From assembly GCA_031382215.1 (NCBI GenBank), contig JANMYQ010000188.1:8249-72248 (forward strand): a DNA stretch of 64,000 nt. The letters run 5' to 3'. The translations under genes were made by a program, and so were the position numbers. The notes under the pieces were generated by a model. The model saw nothing but the letters and a program-made list of their open reading frames with translations, did not search any database and was not told the origin of the DNA. Source of the stretch: Methylibium sp. (GTDB lineage Bacteria > Pseudomonadota > Gammaproteobacteria > Burkholderiales > Burkholderiaceae_C). Shown in pieces: positions 26,847 to 35,680 of the stretch (positions within the stretch are counted from its first letter, which is position 1; the number at the start of each line of letters is the position of its first letter).

Positions 26847-27677
26847 CTACATCGCCTTGAATTTGTGGGCGTAGAGGCGGCTGGCGGTCAGCTTTTCTTT
26901 CACGCCGCGCAGGGTCAGCGTGACCTTGCCCGACTCTTCGCGCACTGCGGTGGTGATCGCGTCGGTGCGCACCACGGTGCCACGGTGCACTTGCCAGAAC
27001 TGCTGCTCGTCGAGTTGCGGCAGCAGCTCGCGCAGTGAAGTACGGATCAGCAATTCGCGCTCGGCGGTGATCACGCGCACATACTTGTCGGCCGCTTCGA
27101 AGTACAGCACCTCGGCCACCGGCACCATGTGAATCGCCGCGCCGACTCCGGCCTGAATGACGCCCAACTTGGGCGTCGCGCCCGACGCCTCCAGTCCGGC
27201 CGCCCCGAGCAGGCCGCGCAACTGCACCAGCGTGGCTTCGAGCGCCGCGCCCGGCACGGCCTGAGGCTCGGCGCGCTGGCGCAGTGCGGCCTGCAGGCGC
27301 GTGCAACTCTGCGCGAGGCGTTCGGGCTGAACGGGTTTGAGTACATAGTCCACCGCGGCGCGGTCGAAGGCCTGCGTGGCGTACTGGTCGTAGGCGGTCA
27401 CGAACACGATCAGCGGCAGCGGCGCGCTTTGCCGACCCGCGTCGGGCCAGTCTTCGGCCAGCGCCTGCGCCGCTTCCAGGCCGCTCAGCCCCGGCATGCG
27501 GATGTCCAGGAACAGCAGATCCGGCTGCAGCGCCAACGCCTGCTCGACTGCAGCATGCCCGTGGCCGACGCTGGCGACGATGCGCAGCTCGGGCCACAGG
27601 CGCGCCAGCTCGGCCTGCAGGTTGGCGGCCAGCAACGGTTCGTCTTCGGCGATGAGTGCGGTGGGCGGGTTGTGCAT
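26847..27677 (-). CDS. LytTR-family response regulator (AlgR-like)
   Basis: Receiver domain (ALIAEDEPLL...LLFLDIRMPGLSG) plus a C-terminal LytTR domain (VLYFEAADKYVRVITAERELLIRTSLRELL). Start at MHNPP. Confidence 0.9.
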   Translation of the reverse strand: MHNPPTALIAEDEPLLAANLQAELARLWPELRIVASVGHGHAAVEQALALQPDLLFLDIRMPGLSGLEAAQALAEDWPDAGRQSAPLPLIVFVTAYDQYATQAFDRAAVDYVLKPVQPERLAQSCTRLQAALRQRAEPQAVPGAALEATLVQLRGLLGAAGLEASGATPKLGVIQAGVGAAIHMVPVAEVLYFEAADKYVRVITAERELLIRTSLRELLPQLDEQQFWQVHRGTVVRTDAITTAVREESGKVTLTLRGVKEKLTASRLYAHKFKAM

Positions 27678-27693
27678 CGTGAGCCTTTGAAGT

Positions 27694-28836
27694 TCAGGCC
27701 GCACCGAGCGGCAGGCGAACGGTGGCCAGCGTACCGCCCTGGCCCTCGGGTGCGTCGGTCAGCGACAGCGAGGCGCGCGTGCCGTACAGCGTGGCGAGCC
27801 GCTCGCGCACCTGCGCCAAACCAAATCTGGTGCCCTCGGCGTTGGCGCCATCCGCAGACGACAAGCCCACGCCACCGTCCTGCACACGCAGCACAAGATG
27901 CTTGCCCTCGCGAGCTGCGCTGACATGAATGCGACCACCCTCCACCTTCGGCTCCAGCCCATGCTTGATGGCGTTCTCGACCAGCGGTTGCAGCAGCAGC
28001 GGCGGCACCTGGCAACCCGCCAACTCGGCCGGCAACTCGAAACTGGTTTGAAGCCGTGTGTCCATGCGCACCTTCATCAGCGCCAGGTAGTCGGCCAGGC
28101 GCGCGAACTCGGCCGACAGCGGGTGTTGCGCCACCCGCGACGCACCCAGGGTGGCGCGCAGGAACGAAATCAACTGGTCGAGCATGGCCTGCGCGCGTGC
28201 AGGGTCCAGCACGATCAGCACACGCAGGTTGGCCAAGGTGTTGAACAGCATGTGCGGTTCGAGTTGCGATTCGAGCAACCTGAGCTGGGTCTCGGCCGCG
28301 GTGCGTTGGGCCGCTTCGGTGGCGGCGCGTGCGTTGGCCAGGCGCTCCATCGAGGTCAAGGTGACCACCGAAGCGAGCGAGGCCAGCACCGTCAGAAGCA
28401 TCGTCACCTGCGCTGACGACGAACCGATCTGCAGCAGGCTCGGCGACGTTTTGCCCAGGACCAGGTCGGCCAGCGACGTGCCCAGCACCGGGCCGGCCAG
28501 CATGCCCAGCAGCACCATCGTGATCATCCACGGCCAGCCGGGGAAGCCGGCGTGCGGCAACAGCGCCTGGCTGCGCGCGGCACGCGACCGGTCGATCAGT
28601 TTCGCAATCGAGACCCGACCGACGTCGATGATGATCCAGCAGCTCAGGCCGATGCTGAACGAATAGACCAGTTGCACGCGGAAACTGGCACCCTTCATCG
28701 CCGCCAGCAGCCCGGCGATGCCGACGCACAGCGCGCTCAGGAAGAGGGCGCCGCGCAGCAGGTGCTGCCACCACGTCCGCGCAGCGCGAACGGCGGCCAT
28801 GGCGGGCAACGGGGAGTCCAGAGGTTGGGGCGTCAT
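27694..28836 (-). CDS. Membrane sensor histidine kinase of the LytS/AlgZ type (His_kinase + HATPase_c)
   Basis: ATG at 28836. Several N-terminal TM helices. LESQLEPHMLFNTLANL H-box region and LLLQPLVENAIKHG N-box. Confidence 0.85.
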   Translation of the reverse strand: MTPQPLDSPLPAMAAVRAARTWWQHLLRGALFLSALCVGIAGLLAAMKGASFRVQLVYSFSIGLSCWIIIDVGRVSIAKLIDRSRAARSQALLPHAGFPGWPWMITMVLLGMLAGPVLGTSLADLVLGKTSPSLLQIGSSSAQVTMLLTVLASLASVVTLTSMERLANARAATEAAQRTAAETQLRLLESQLEPHMLFNTLANLRVLIVLDPARAQAMLDQLISFLRATLGASRVAQHPLSAEFARLADYLALMKVRMDTRLQTSFELPAELAGCQVPPLLLQPLVENAIKHGLEPKVEGGRIHVSAAREGKHLVLRVQDGGVGLSSADGANAEGTRFGLAQVRERLATLYGTRASLSLTDAPEGQGGTLATVRLPLGAA

Positions 28837-28938
28837 TTCAGCGTGGACTCTGCCGGCCGCAGGTCGATCCCGCCGTGCCCATGCGACGAAGTGCCGCCTG
28901 CGGGCGCGAACCGGCCCCCGCAACGCGCGGGCCGAGGC

Positions 28939-29565
28939 TCACGCCGGCACGGCATCGGCCCAGGCCGCCATGAATTCATGCGCCGCGTGGGCCACCGCCG
29001 GCAGGGCCATGCCCGGCTGGAACAACTGGCTGCCGATGCCGAAGCCGGTGGCACCGCCGCGCACCCACGGGCCGATGCTCTGCGGCGTGACGCCGCCCAC
29101 CGGCCACAGCGGTGTACCGGGCGGCAACACCGAGATCAGCGCCTTCATGCCGCCGATGCCCAGCGTTTCGGCCGGAAACAGCTTCAGCGCATGCGCGCCG
29201 GCCTCGAGCGCGGCAAAGGCTTCGGTGGCGGTGGCGATGCCCGGCGCCGTCAGCAGCCCGCTGGCGACTGCGTGGGCGATCACGGCAGGGTTGCAGTTGG
29301 GCGACACCATCAACCCGCCGCCGGCGGCGCGCACGGCGTCCACGTCGGCGCGGGTGAGCATGGTGCCGCCGCCGATCAGCGCGCCGGCCGGGGCCATGGC
29401 GGCGAGGCTGGCGATGCACTCCAGCGCGCCGGGGCGGTTCAGCGGCACTTCGAGAATGCGGAAGCCGGCGTCGAACAACACCCGGCCAATGTCGGCCGCG
29501 CGTTGCGGTTCGAGCCCGCGCAGGATCGCCACCAGCGGCGGCTTGAAGTCTTGGAGTCGGGGCAT
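28939..29565 (-). CDS. dgoA: 2-dehydro-3-deoxy-6-phosphogalactonate aldolase
   Basis: PLVAILRGL...DAGFRILEVPLN...ALIGGGTML...TATEAFAALEAGAHALKLFPA...VGGVTP is colinear with remembered E. coli DgoA. Confidence 0.9.
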   Translation of the reverse strand: MPRLQDFKPPLVAILRGLEPQRAADIGRVLFDAGFRILEVPLNRPGALECIASLAAMAPAGALIGGGTMLTRADVDAVRAAGGGLMVSPNCNPAVIAHAVASGLLTAPGIATATEAFAALEAGAHALKLFPAETLGIGGMKALISVLPPGTPLWPVGGVTPQSIGPWVRGGATGFGIGSQLFQPGMALPAVAHAAHEFMAAWADAVPA

Positions 29566-29588
29566 GGCGGGCGGTCTCGGTGGATGAG

Positions 29589-30515
29589 TCACAGGTTCGT
29601 ACGCAACACACCGAACGCGGCGAGCTGCACTTCGCGCGCGTCCAGGGTGGTGATGGGGCAGCCCGAACCTTCTGCCACGCGCGCATAACGCTGCGCCAGC
29701 GCGGCCGAGCCGATCAGCGTGATGCGCTCGGGCGGCCGGCCGGCGCGGCGCAGCACATCGTGCCACTCGGCGCCGATCAGCAGGCCCGAGAGATATTCGC
29801 GCGCCTCGCCGGCCGGCATGCGCCCGGCCACCACCTGCGCGCGGCAGCCGAACAATGCGTTCGATAAACCGCTGCGTGCGGCCGCGGCAACGCCGCGCGC
29901 AAAAGCCTCGGGTTGCGCTGCGTCGGGCGTTGTTTCAGGCGCTGGCGAACCCGTCACGCTGCTCAAGGTGCCGTGCTGCGTGAACAGCGCGAACAGTTCG
30001 CCGGTCATGTAGGTCGCCAGATCGGCCACCCGGCCGTCTTGCAGCCGCACCCACTTGCTGTGCGTGCCGGGCAGCACGTACCAGCCGTCGCCGTGACCCA
30101 GCGCCAGCGCGCCGAGCAACTGGGTTTCTTCGCCGCGCATCACGTCCACCGTACCGTCGGGGGCAGAGAAGCAGACTCCCGGCACGATGAAGCTGCGCGG
30201 CCCGGCGGCCGGCACCGGAATCAGGTGGCCCGCCAACCCGGCGAGTGGCTGGTCCGCGTCCATGTAGGGCGCTTCGAGCCAGCCGCTTGCGGCGCCGACC
30301 ATGCCGGCCATCAGGATGGGTGCCTCGGCGGGCAGCGCCGGGCCGCCGCGCAACAGCATCTGCAACGCCTCGCCAAAGCGTCCCTGCGAGGCCAGCAGGC
30401 CCTGGTCATCGCTCATCTCGGCCAGCACCTCGCCGCCCTCGGCAAGCCACCACGCGCGGCGGTTGCTGGTGCCCCAGTCGATGCCCAGCAGAGCCGGCGC
30501 GCGTGCTTGATTCAT
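29589..30515 (-). CDS. dgoK: 2-dehydro-3-deoxygalactonokinase
   Basis: GIDWGTSNRRAW, MAGMVGA, VMRGEETQLLGA, LPGTHSKWV, MTGELFAL and YLSGLLIGAEW blocks match E. coli DgoK. Confidence 0.9.
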   Translation of the reverse strand: MNQARAPALLGIDWGTSNRRAWWLAEGGEVLAEMSDDQGLLASQGRFGEALQMLLRGGPALPAEAPILMAGMVGAASGWLEAPYMDADQPLAGLAGHLIPVPAAGPRSFIVPGVCFSAPDGTVDVMRGEETQLLGALALGHGDGWYVLPGTHSKWVRLQDGRVADLATYMTGELFALFTQHGTLSSVTGSPAPETTPDAAQPEAFARGVAAAARSGLSNALFGCRAQVVAGRMPAGEAREYLSGLLIGAEWHDVLRRAGRPPERITLIGSAALAQRYARVAEGSGCPITTLDAREVQLAAFGVLRTNL

Positions 30516-30593
30516 GCGGGAACTGTACGGCACCACGGCGCGCCCGGTGCTATCGTGACGGCCCCGCGCAACCCACACTGGACGATTCGCACC

Positions 30594-31376
30594 ATGAGCA
30601 GCAAAACCATTCCGAAGGTCACCTATGCCGGCGTCACCTACAACAGCCTGCGCGGCAAGGGCGTGATCATTACCGGTGGCGCCACCGGCATCGGTTCGGA
30701 CATCGTGCGCGGTTTTGCCGGCCAGGGCTGCAAGGTCGGCTTTCTGGACCGGGAGGCGGCGGCCGGCAAGGCGTTGGCGGAAAGCCTGGGCGCCAACGTG
30801 CACTTCGAGGCCTGCGACGTGACCGACGTGGCGGGCCTCAAGGCCACCATCGCCAGCTTGTCAGAGCGTATCGGCGGTGTCGACGTGCTGGTGAACAACG
30901 TCGCCAACGACCAGCGTCATTCGATCGACAAGGTCACGCCTGAATATTTCGACGAGCGCGTCGCCATCAACCTGCGGCCGAACTTCTTCGCCGCGCAGGC
31001 GGTGCTGCCGTCCATGCGCGCGCGGGGCGGCGGTGCGATCGTGAACCTCGGCTCGGTGAGCTGGAAGAACAAGAACCTCGACCTGTCCGTCTACGCCACC
31101 TGCAAGTCGGCGATGTCGGGCTTCACCCGCGTGCTTGCCAAGGAGGTCGGGCCCGCCAACATTCGCGTCAACTGCGTTGTGCCCGGCTGGGTGATGACCG
31201 AGCGCCAGGTCAGCCTGTGGCTCGACGATGCCGGCGAGAAGGCGATGGATGAAAACCACTGCATTCCGGGCCGCGTGATCGGCGCCGACATCGCGAACAT
31301 GGTGATGTTCCTGGCCGCCGACACGGCGCGCATGATCACCGCGCAGGAGTTTGTGGTGGATGCCGGCTGGTCGTGA
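30594..31376 (+). CDS. SDR-family aldose 1-dehydrogenase-like oxidoreductase (XylB-type, substrate unknown)
   Basis: GKGVIITGGATGIG...VLVNNVANDQRH...YATCKSAM (YxxxK)...VNCVVPGWV. Overall it resembles remembered Caulobacter XylB. It is divergent from dgoK. Confidence 0.85.
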   Translation: MSSKTIPKVTYAGVTYNSLRGKGVIITGGATGIGSDIVRGFAGQGCKVGFLDREAAAGKALAESLGANVHFEACDVTDVAGLKATIASLSERIGGVDVLVNNVANDQRHSIDKVTPEYFDERVAINLRPNFFAAQAVLPSMRARGGGAIVNLGSVSWKNKNLDLSVYATCKSAMSGFTRVLAKEVGPANIRVNCVVPGWVMTERQVSLWLDDAGEKAMDENHCIPGRVIGADIANMVMFLAADTARMITAQEFVVDAGWS

Positions 31377-31389
31377 GGTCGTGACGCAT

Positions 31390-31869
31390 GTGCGGCGGTT
31401 CGACCCGGGCGCAGCGCGTGGCGTCGCAGCGTTGCTCGTCGCCGCCGCCGCGTCCGCCTGTTGCGCCTCGGCCCCGCCTCGCGCTGCCGGAAACGCTGCC
31501 GGAAACGCTGCCGGAAACGCCGCCGGAAACGCTGCCGGGCCAGCGCAACCTGCGTCCGGGCGTGACGTGAGCGCCCCGCAAGGCCTTGACGCTGCGGTGC
31601 AAGCCGCGCTCGCCGATGCAGCGCGACGCACAGGCATCGACGCCGCTGCGCTGAAGCTCGTCAGCACCGAACGAGTGACATGGCCAGACGGATCACTCGG
31701 CTGCCCGCAACCCGGCTTCCTGTACACGCAAGCGCTGGTACCGGGCTACCGCATCCGCATCGACGCCGGCGGGCAACTGCTCGACTTTCACGCCAGTGCC
31801 CGCGGCGGGCTGGTGCTGTGCCCGGCCGGGCGTGCCCGCGAGCCGCTGCCGGGCGACCCACGCGTCTGA
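31390..31869 (+). CDS. Hypothetical lipoprotein with (AAGN)4 repeat
   Basis: GTG at 31390 or 31381. MRRFDPGAARGVAALLVAAAASAC has a lipobox. A conserved-looking C-terminal block reads VTWPDGSLGCPQPGFLYTQALVPGYRIRI. Start is uncertain. Confidence 0.55.
   Translation: MRRFDPGAARGVAALLVAAAASACCASAPPRAAGNAAGNAAGNAAGNAAGPAQPASGRDVSAPQGLDAAVQAALADAARRTGIDAAALKLVSTERVTWPDGSLGCPQPGFLYTQALVPGYRIRIDAGGQLLDFHASARGGLVLCPAGRAREPLPGDPRV
31483..31539. repeat. 12-bp tandem repeat (gctgccggaaac) x about 4.6, in-frame, encoding AAGN repeats
   Basis: Read directly from the sequence: gctgccggaaac gctgccggaaac gctgccggaaac gccgccggaaac gctgccggg. Confidence 0.9.
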
Positions 31870-31927
31870 CAGGCGCGGCGCGCGTTGGCACTCGCCCTGG
31901 CTTGCGCCGAGGCACGTCAAAGAAAAA

Positions 31928-31955
31928 GCGCCCCGCGGATCTCTCCGCGGGGCGC
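31928..31955 (-). terminator. Rho-independent terminator of the S8 peptidase gene
   Basis: Perfect 12-bp stem gcgccccgcgga-tctc-tccgcggggcgc. On the minus strand it is followed by TTTTTCTTT. It lies between convergent stops at 31869 (+) and 31994 (-). Confidence 0.85.
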
Positions 31956-31993
31956 CTTGCCGGGCGTTGCCGCCCGGCCTGGGAACAGTGGCG

Positions 31994-34978
31994 TCAGGGA
32001 TCGACGCGCACGATGGTCGGGTTGGGCAAACCGGCAGGGCCGCCGTAGGCCACCGAGCCGAGATACTTGACGCCAGGCGTCAGGCCGCTCGTCGTGAGGC
32101 CGATGCTGCGGGTCTGGCCGGTGACCGCGGTGGTCGGGGCCGTGACCGTCATGTTGCCCGCAGCGACAGTGCCCAGCACCCAGGCGTGCAGCTTGAACGG
32201 TGATGCGCCGGTTGGCAGCCCCCAGCCGTGCATGTACACCGTGTAGGTGCCCGGCGCCGGATTTACCAGGTTCACTTCCTCTGCCGAACCACCGCTGCCG
32301 CTGCTTCCGACCACTGTGCCAGCGCTGTTCGTCACGTACAGGTCGATGTCGGCACCGGCGGCCACGTCGGCGTCGAACAGCGAGAACCGGGCGTAACTGC
32401 TGCCCGCGGGAACCATGACCTGGACCGCTACCGTTCCGGTCGGGTCGGCCGGGTTGAAGGTCTGGTCCGGGTCCTGCGTGACGTTGCCGTCCGTCAGCGC
32501 GGCCGGGATCAGGCCGCGCGCCGTGGCGCTGAACGCCCCGTCATAGCCGAAGGTCACGCTGAAGGACGTGCCGACCTGCGCCGGTGCCGCCAGCGCCACC
32601 GGCCGCACCACCAACGGAATGCGCACGGTGTGCGTGCCGTCGGCCAGCCGCAGTTGGCCACCGCTGTAGTTGTTCAGCGCCGCCGAGGTGCGCGTGAACG
32701 ACACCGTGAACGAGCGCGTCTGACCGGCCGCCAGCGTCAGCGTGGAAGGCGATACCGACACGCCGAAACCGGCCATCCCGGTGATCGACGGGGTGTAGGT
32801 GGCCGGGTTGCCGCTCACGTTCGTGACGCGTCGGGTGACCGTTTGCACGCCGGCCATGTCGCCGATGGCGATCGAGGGTGAGTTGAAGTTGCTCGGGTCG
32901 AGCACCGGCACACCTGCCGAGGTGCAGAACGACGTGGGCAGCTGCGTGCCGCACAGGAAGCCCAGCCAGTCGGCGAAGTTGGAGTCGAACACCAGGCCCG
33001 GGTCGGCTGCCGAATTGGGGCGAACGTGGCCCGCGCCCTGGCGGAAGATCAGCGCCGGGCTGTTTTCCGCCGCGGGTGGTGTGCCACCGTCGAGCACGTC
33101 GGTGGCGGTCGTCATCAGCGCCGACTTGATCGCCATCGGCGACCACGAAGGCTTGAGTTCCTTCATCAACGCGGCAAGGCCGGCCACGTGCGGGCTGGAC
33201 ATCGACGTGCCGCTGAGCAGGTCGAACAGTCGGCCGTTGTAGCCGATCGGCGAGACGGCCGCCAGGATGTCCTGACCCGGTGCAATGATGTCCGGCTTCA
33301 GCAGGTCGCCACCCGCGGCCAGCAGCGGGCCGCGCGAGGAGAACGAGGCCGTGAACGGCGCCGGGGCGTTGAACACCAGCGAGGCTGCATTGATGGCGGC
33401 GGTGGCGCCGGCGGTCGCCGCATAGGCCTTGACGGCCGGCCGATCGGTGTTCTGCAGGTGAACCGTGGGCACCGCGTGGAAGTCGGCATTCTGCGAGTTC
33501 GCGCTGGTGTTCAGCAGGATCATGCCCACGCCGCCCGCCGCTTGAACGGCGAGGCTCTTGTTGGTGCGCGCCGACACGCCGCGGTCGCAAACCACGATCT
33601 TGCCGGCCACCTTGGCCGGGTCGAGCACCGCCGCGCCGTCGGCGGCGCCGAAGCACAAGGCCAACGCCCCAGGATCAGCGCCAGGCAGGCCCGCCGCGGT
33701 CGAGTCGATGAGTTGCCGCGAGGACAGTGCCGCCGCGACAGAAGCCCCGAAGTAGGTAACGCCGTTGCCCAAGGTCACCGAGCCTTGGCCGTCCCGGTTG
33801 TGCGTGCCGGCCGCCACCGTGGTGATCCACGGGCTGGGGTGCGCCACAGTGCTGCTGGTCGGGCCGGAATTGCCGGCCGATGCGGCGACGAACACGCCGG
33901 CGTCGGCGGCGAACAGGAACGCGATCTCGACCGGGTCGCGGAAGTTGGTGCTGGTGCCGCTGATCGAGAAGTTGATGACGTCCACGCCGTCGGCCACTGC
34001 CTGGTCGATCGCCGCGACGCTGTCCACGCCCGCGCAGCCACCTTCGCCGCCGTTGCCCCAGCAGACCTTGTAGGTTGAAATGCGCGCTCGCGGCGCAATG
34101 CCGTTGATGCTGCCGAACACCGCTGCCGGCCCGGTAGCCGCCACGTTGGCGTTGCCGCCCGCGGTGGATGAGGTATGCGAGCCGTGGCCGTCCGCGTCGC
34201 GCGGAGAGTTGAATTCGTACGGGAACGCCGCCTTGATGCCGGCATTGCCTCCGAAGCCGGCGTTGAAGAACTGCGCGCCGATCAGTTTCTGGTTGCAGTG
34301 GCTCGCGGTGAAGGCTTCACCGGGTTTGCACTTGCCGTGCCAGCCGGGAAGTTGCTGGTAGTCCAGTTTGCCTTCCTGGGTGCCGTTGCCGTTGCTGCCG
34401 GTCCGGTCGGAAAAGCTCGGGTGTTCGGGCCAGATGCCGCTGTCGACGATGCCGATGACGACACCTTCGCCCTTGGCCTTGGTGGCCCAGAAGCCGGTGC
34501 TGCCGGTCAGGCCCAGAAAGGAAGGAGTGCTGCTGGTGTCGAGCTTGCGGATCTCGTCCTTGGTCACGGCCAGCACGCCGGGCGTCTGCGCCAGCTTCTG
34601 GGCCTGAGCCTCGGTCAACTCGGCGGCGAAGCCGTTGAACACGTAGCCGTAGTTGTAGAGCTTGCGACCCCCGCCCACGCTGCCCAGCATCGAATCCTGG
34701 CGCGCCGCCAGGTAGCTCATGTAGCTGTAGACCCCGGGATTGTTCGGGTCGATCTTCTGGCCCTTGCGCGGCTTGGTGGCCGCGTAGCCCTTGATGCCGC
34801 CTGCGTAGGCGGTGACGGGCTGCTCGGCCAACTGCACGATGTAGGCGTTGTTCGTGTAGCGGGCCTTGTGGGCGACGTTGCCCTCGGTGTCGCCCGGCTC
34901 CGCCCAGGCCGCGGTCGTCGCCAGTGCAGCGGCCAGCGTGGCCACGGCGAACCGCTTGTATCCCCTTGGTGTTCGCAT
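31994..34978 (-). CDS. Secreted subtilisin-like serine peptidase (S8A, plant-subtilase/cucumisin-type architecture: I9 propeptide, PA insert, Fn3-like, C-terminal PPC-like domain)
   Basis: ATG at 34978 (MRTPRGYKRFAVATLAAALATTAAWA). Catalytic triad motifs are VIGIVDSGIWPEHPSF (Asp), GHGSHTSSTAGG (His) and SGTSMSSPHVAGLAALM (Ser). YIVQL propeptide and C-terminal DIDLYV...GTYTVYMHGW. Confidence 0.9.
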   Translation of the reverse strand: MRTPRGYKRFAVATLAAALATTAAWAEPGDTEGNVAHKARYTNNAYIVQLAEQPVTAYAGGIKGYAATKPRKGQKIDPNNPGVYSYMSYLAARQDSMLGSVGGGRKLYNYGYVFNGFAAELTEAQAQKLAQTPGVLAVTKDEIRKLDTSSTPSFLGLTGSTGFWATKAKGEGVVIGIVDSGIWPEHPSFSDRTGSNGNGTQEGKLDYQQLPGWHGKCKPGEAFTASHCNQKLIGAQFFNAGFGGNAGIKAAFPYEFNSPRDADGHGSHTSSTAGGNANVAATGPAAVFGSINGIAPRARISTYKVCWGNGGEGGCAGVDSVAAIDQAVADGVDVINFSISGTSTNFRDPVEIAFLFAADAGVFVAASAGNSGPTSSTVAHPSPWITTVAAGTHNRDGQGSVTLGNGVTYFGASVAAALSSRQLIDSTAAGLPGADPGALALCFGAADGAAVLDPAKVAGKIVVCDRGVSARTNKSLAVQAAGGVGMILLNTSANSQNADFHAVPTVHLQNTDRPAVKAYAATAGATAAINAASLVFNAPAPFTASFSSRGPLLAAGGDLLKPDIIAPGQDILAAVSPIGYNGRLFDLLSGTSMSSPHVAGLAALMKELKPSWSPMAIKSALMTTATDVLDGGTPPAAENSPALIFRQGAGHVRPNSAADPGLVFDSNFADWLGFLCGTQLPTSFCTSAGVPVLDPSNFNSPSIAIGDMAGVQTVTRRVTNVSGNPATYTPSITGMAGFGVSVSPSTLTLAAGQTRSFTVSFTRTSAALNNYSGGQLRLADGTHTVRIPLVVRPVALAAPAQVGTSFSVTFGYDGAFSATARGLIPAALTDGNVTQDPDQTFNPADPTGTVAVQVMVPAGSSYARFSLFDADVAAGADIDLYVTNSAGTVVGSSGSGGSAEEVNLVNPAPGTYTVYMHGWGLPTGASPFKLHAWVLGTVAAGNMTVTAPTTAVTGQTRSIGLTTSGLTPGVKYLGSVAYGGPAGLPNPTIVRVDP

Positions 34979-35014
34979 GCTCGTTCCTTTGTGCTCGGTG
35001 GTTGTCGTACCGGC

Positions 35015-35043
35015 AACGAATATCCGGTGGGAATTCGCTGCAG
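35015..35043 (-). promoter_or_regulatory. Candidate ECF-type promoter upstream of the S8 peptidase gene (TGCAG-N19-CGTT)
   Basis: The minus strand reads cCTGCAGcgaattcccaccggatattCGTTgcc, 37-65 nt upstream of ATG 34978. The layout is similar to the candidate element upstream of the sigma gene. Motif assignment is from memory and weak. Confidence 0.25.
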
Positions 35044-35186
35044 GCCTTGTCGGCCTTGCGCAGGTGGGCGCGAAAACCGACCACCCATTGGACAAGCGTC
35101 GCGCCCGCAGGCGTCTAGGGAATTCCCGGCACCTAGGTTGAAGTCCTCGTTGGAGCGGCGGGCTGAGCCCCGCAGGCCGCGGGCGG

Positions 35187-35675
35187 TCAGACCAGGTCGG
35201 CCACGTGCGGCGAGGCGCCGCGCAGGAACATCGTCGCGCCGCGCTCCGACGTGATCGGCGCATGCAGCGTGCCTTGGCGCGCCAGGTGAAAACCTCCGGC
35301 GTGCACTTCCAGGTTGTCGCCGATGCGCACCACGCCTTCGAGCACCACGCATTCTTCGTCGATGGGGTGGCGGTGTGCGTCGATCACAGCGCCGGGCGCC
35401 AGCCGCAGCAGGTACGACATGACGCCGTCGGCCTCGTTCAGCACCTTGATGTCCACCCCCTGCTTGAACGGCTGCCAGGCATGGTCGGCGGCGTGCAGCG
35501 TGGTGTGGCCGGTTTCGGCGCGCGCAATGCGGTCCAGCACGCGGTGCTTGATGCGTGCGGCGGTGGCCGGCGAGATCGTCTCGGCGAGCTGGTGGGCAGT
35601 CAGTTGGGCGATCAGGTCGGCGTCGATCTCCGGGGTATCGTCTGACGGGTCGGGCGTGTACATGGAAGCGGTCAT
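35187..35675 (-). CDS. ChrR-like cupin protein (putative anti-sigma factor lacking the zinc-binding N-terminal motif)
   Basis: Cupin core (YLLRLAPGAVIDAHRHPIDEECVVLEGVVRIGD...HAGGFHLA). Only one Cys and no HxxxCxxC motif. It starts 5 nt after the stop of the sigma gene. Confidence 0.7.
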   Translation of the reverse strand: MTASMYTPDPSDDTPEIDADLIAQLTAHQLAETISPATAARIKHRVLDRIARAETGHTTLHAADHAWQPFKQGVDIKVLNEADGVMSYLLRLAPGAVIDAHRHPIDEECVVLEGVVRIGDNLEVHAGGFHLARQGTLHAPITSERGATMFLRGASPHVADLV

Positions 35676-35680
35676 TTCAA

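Noticed and set aside
34979-35263. N-terminal extension of the S8 peptidase ORF (start at 35263), which would overlap the cupin gene.
   Set aside because: The extension is Arg/Pro-rich junk. ATG 34978 is preceded by AAAGGA and yields a canonical signal peptide (MRTPRGYKRFAVATLAAALATTAAWA).
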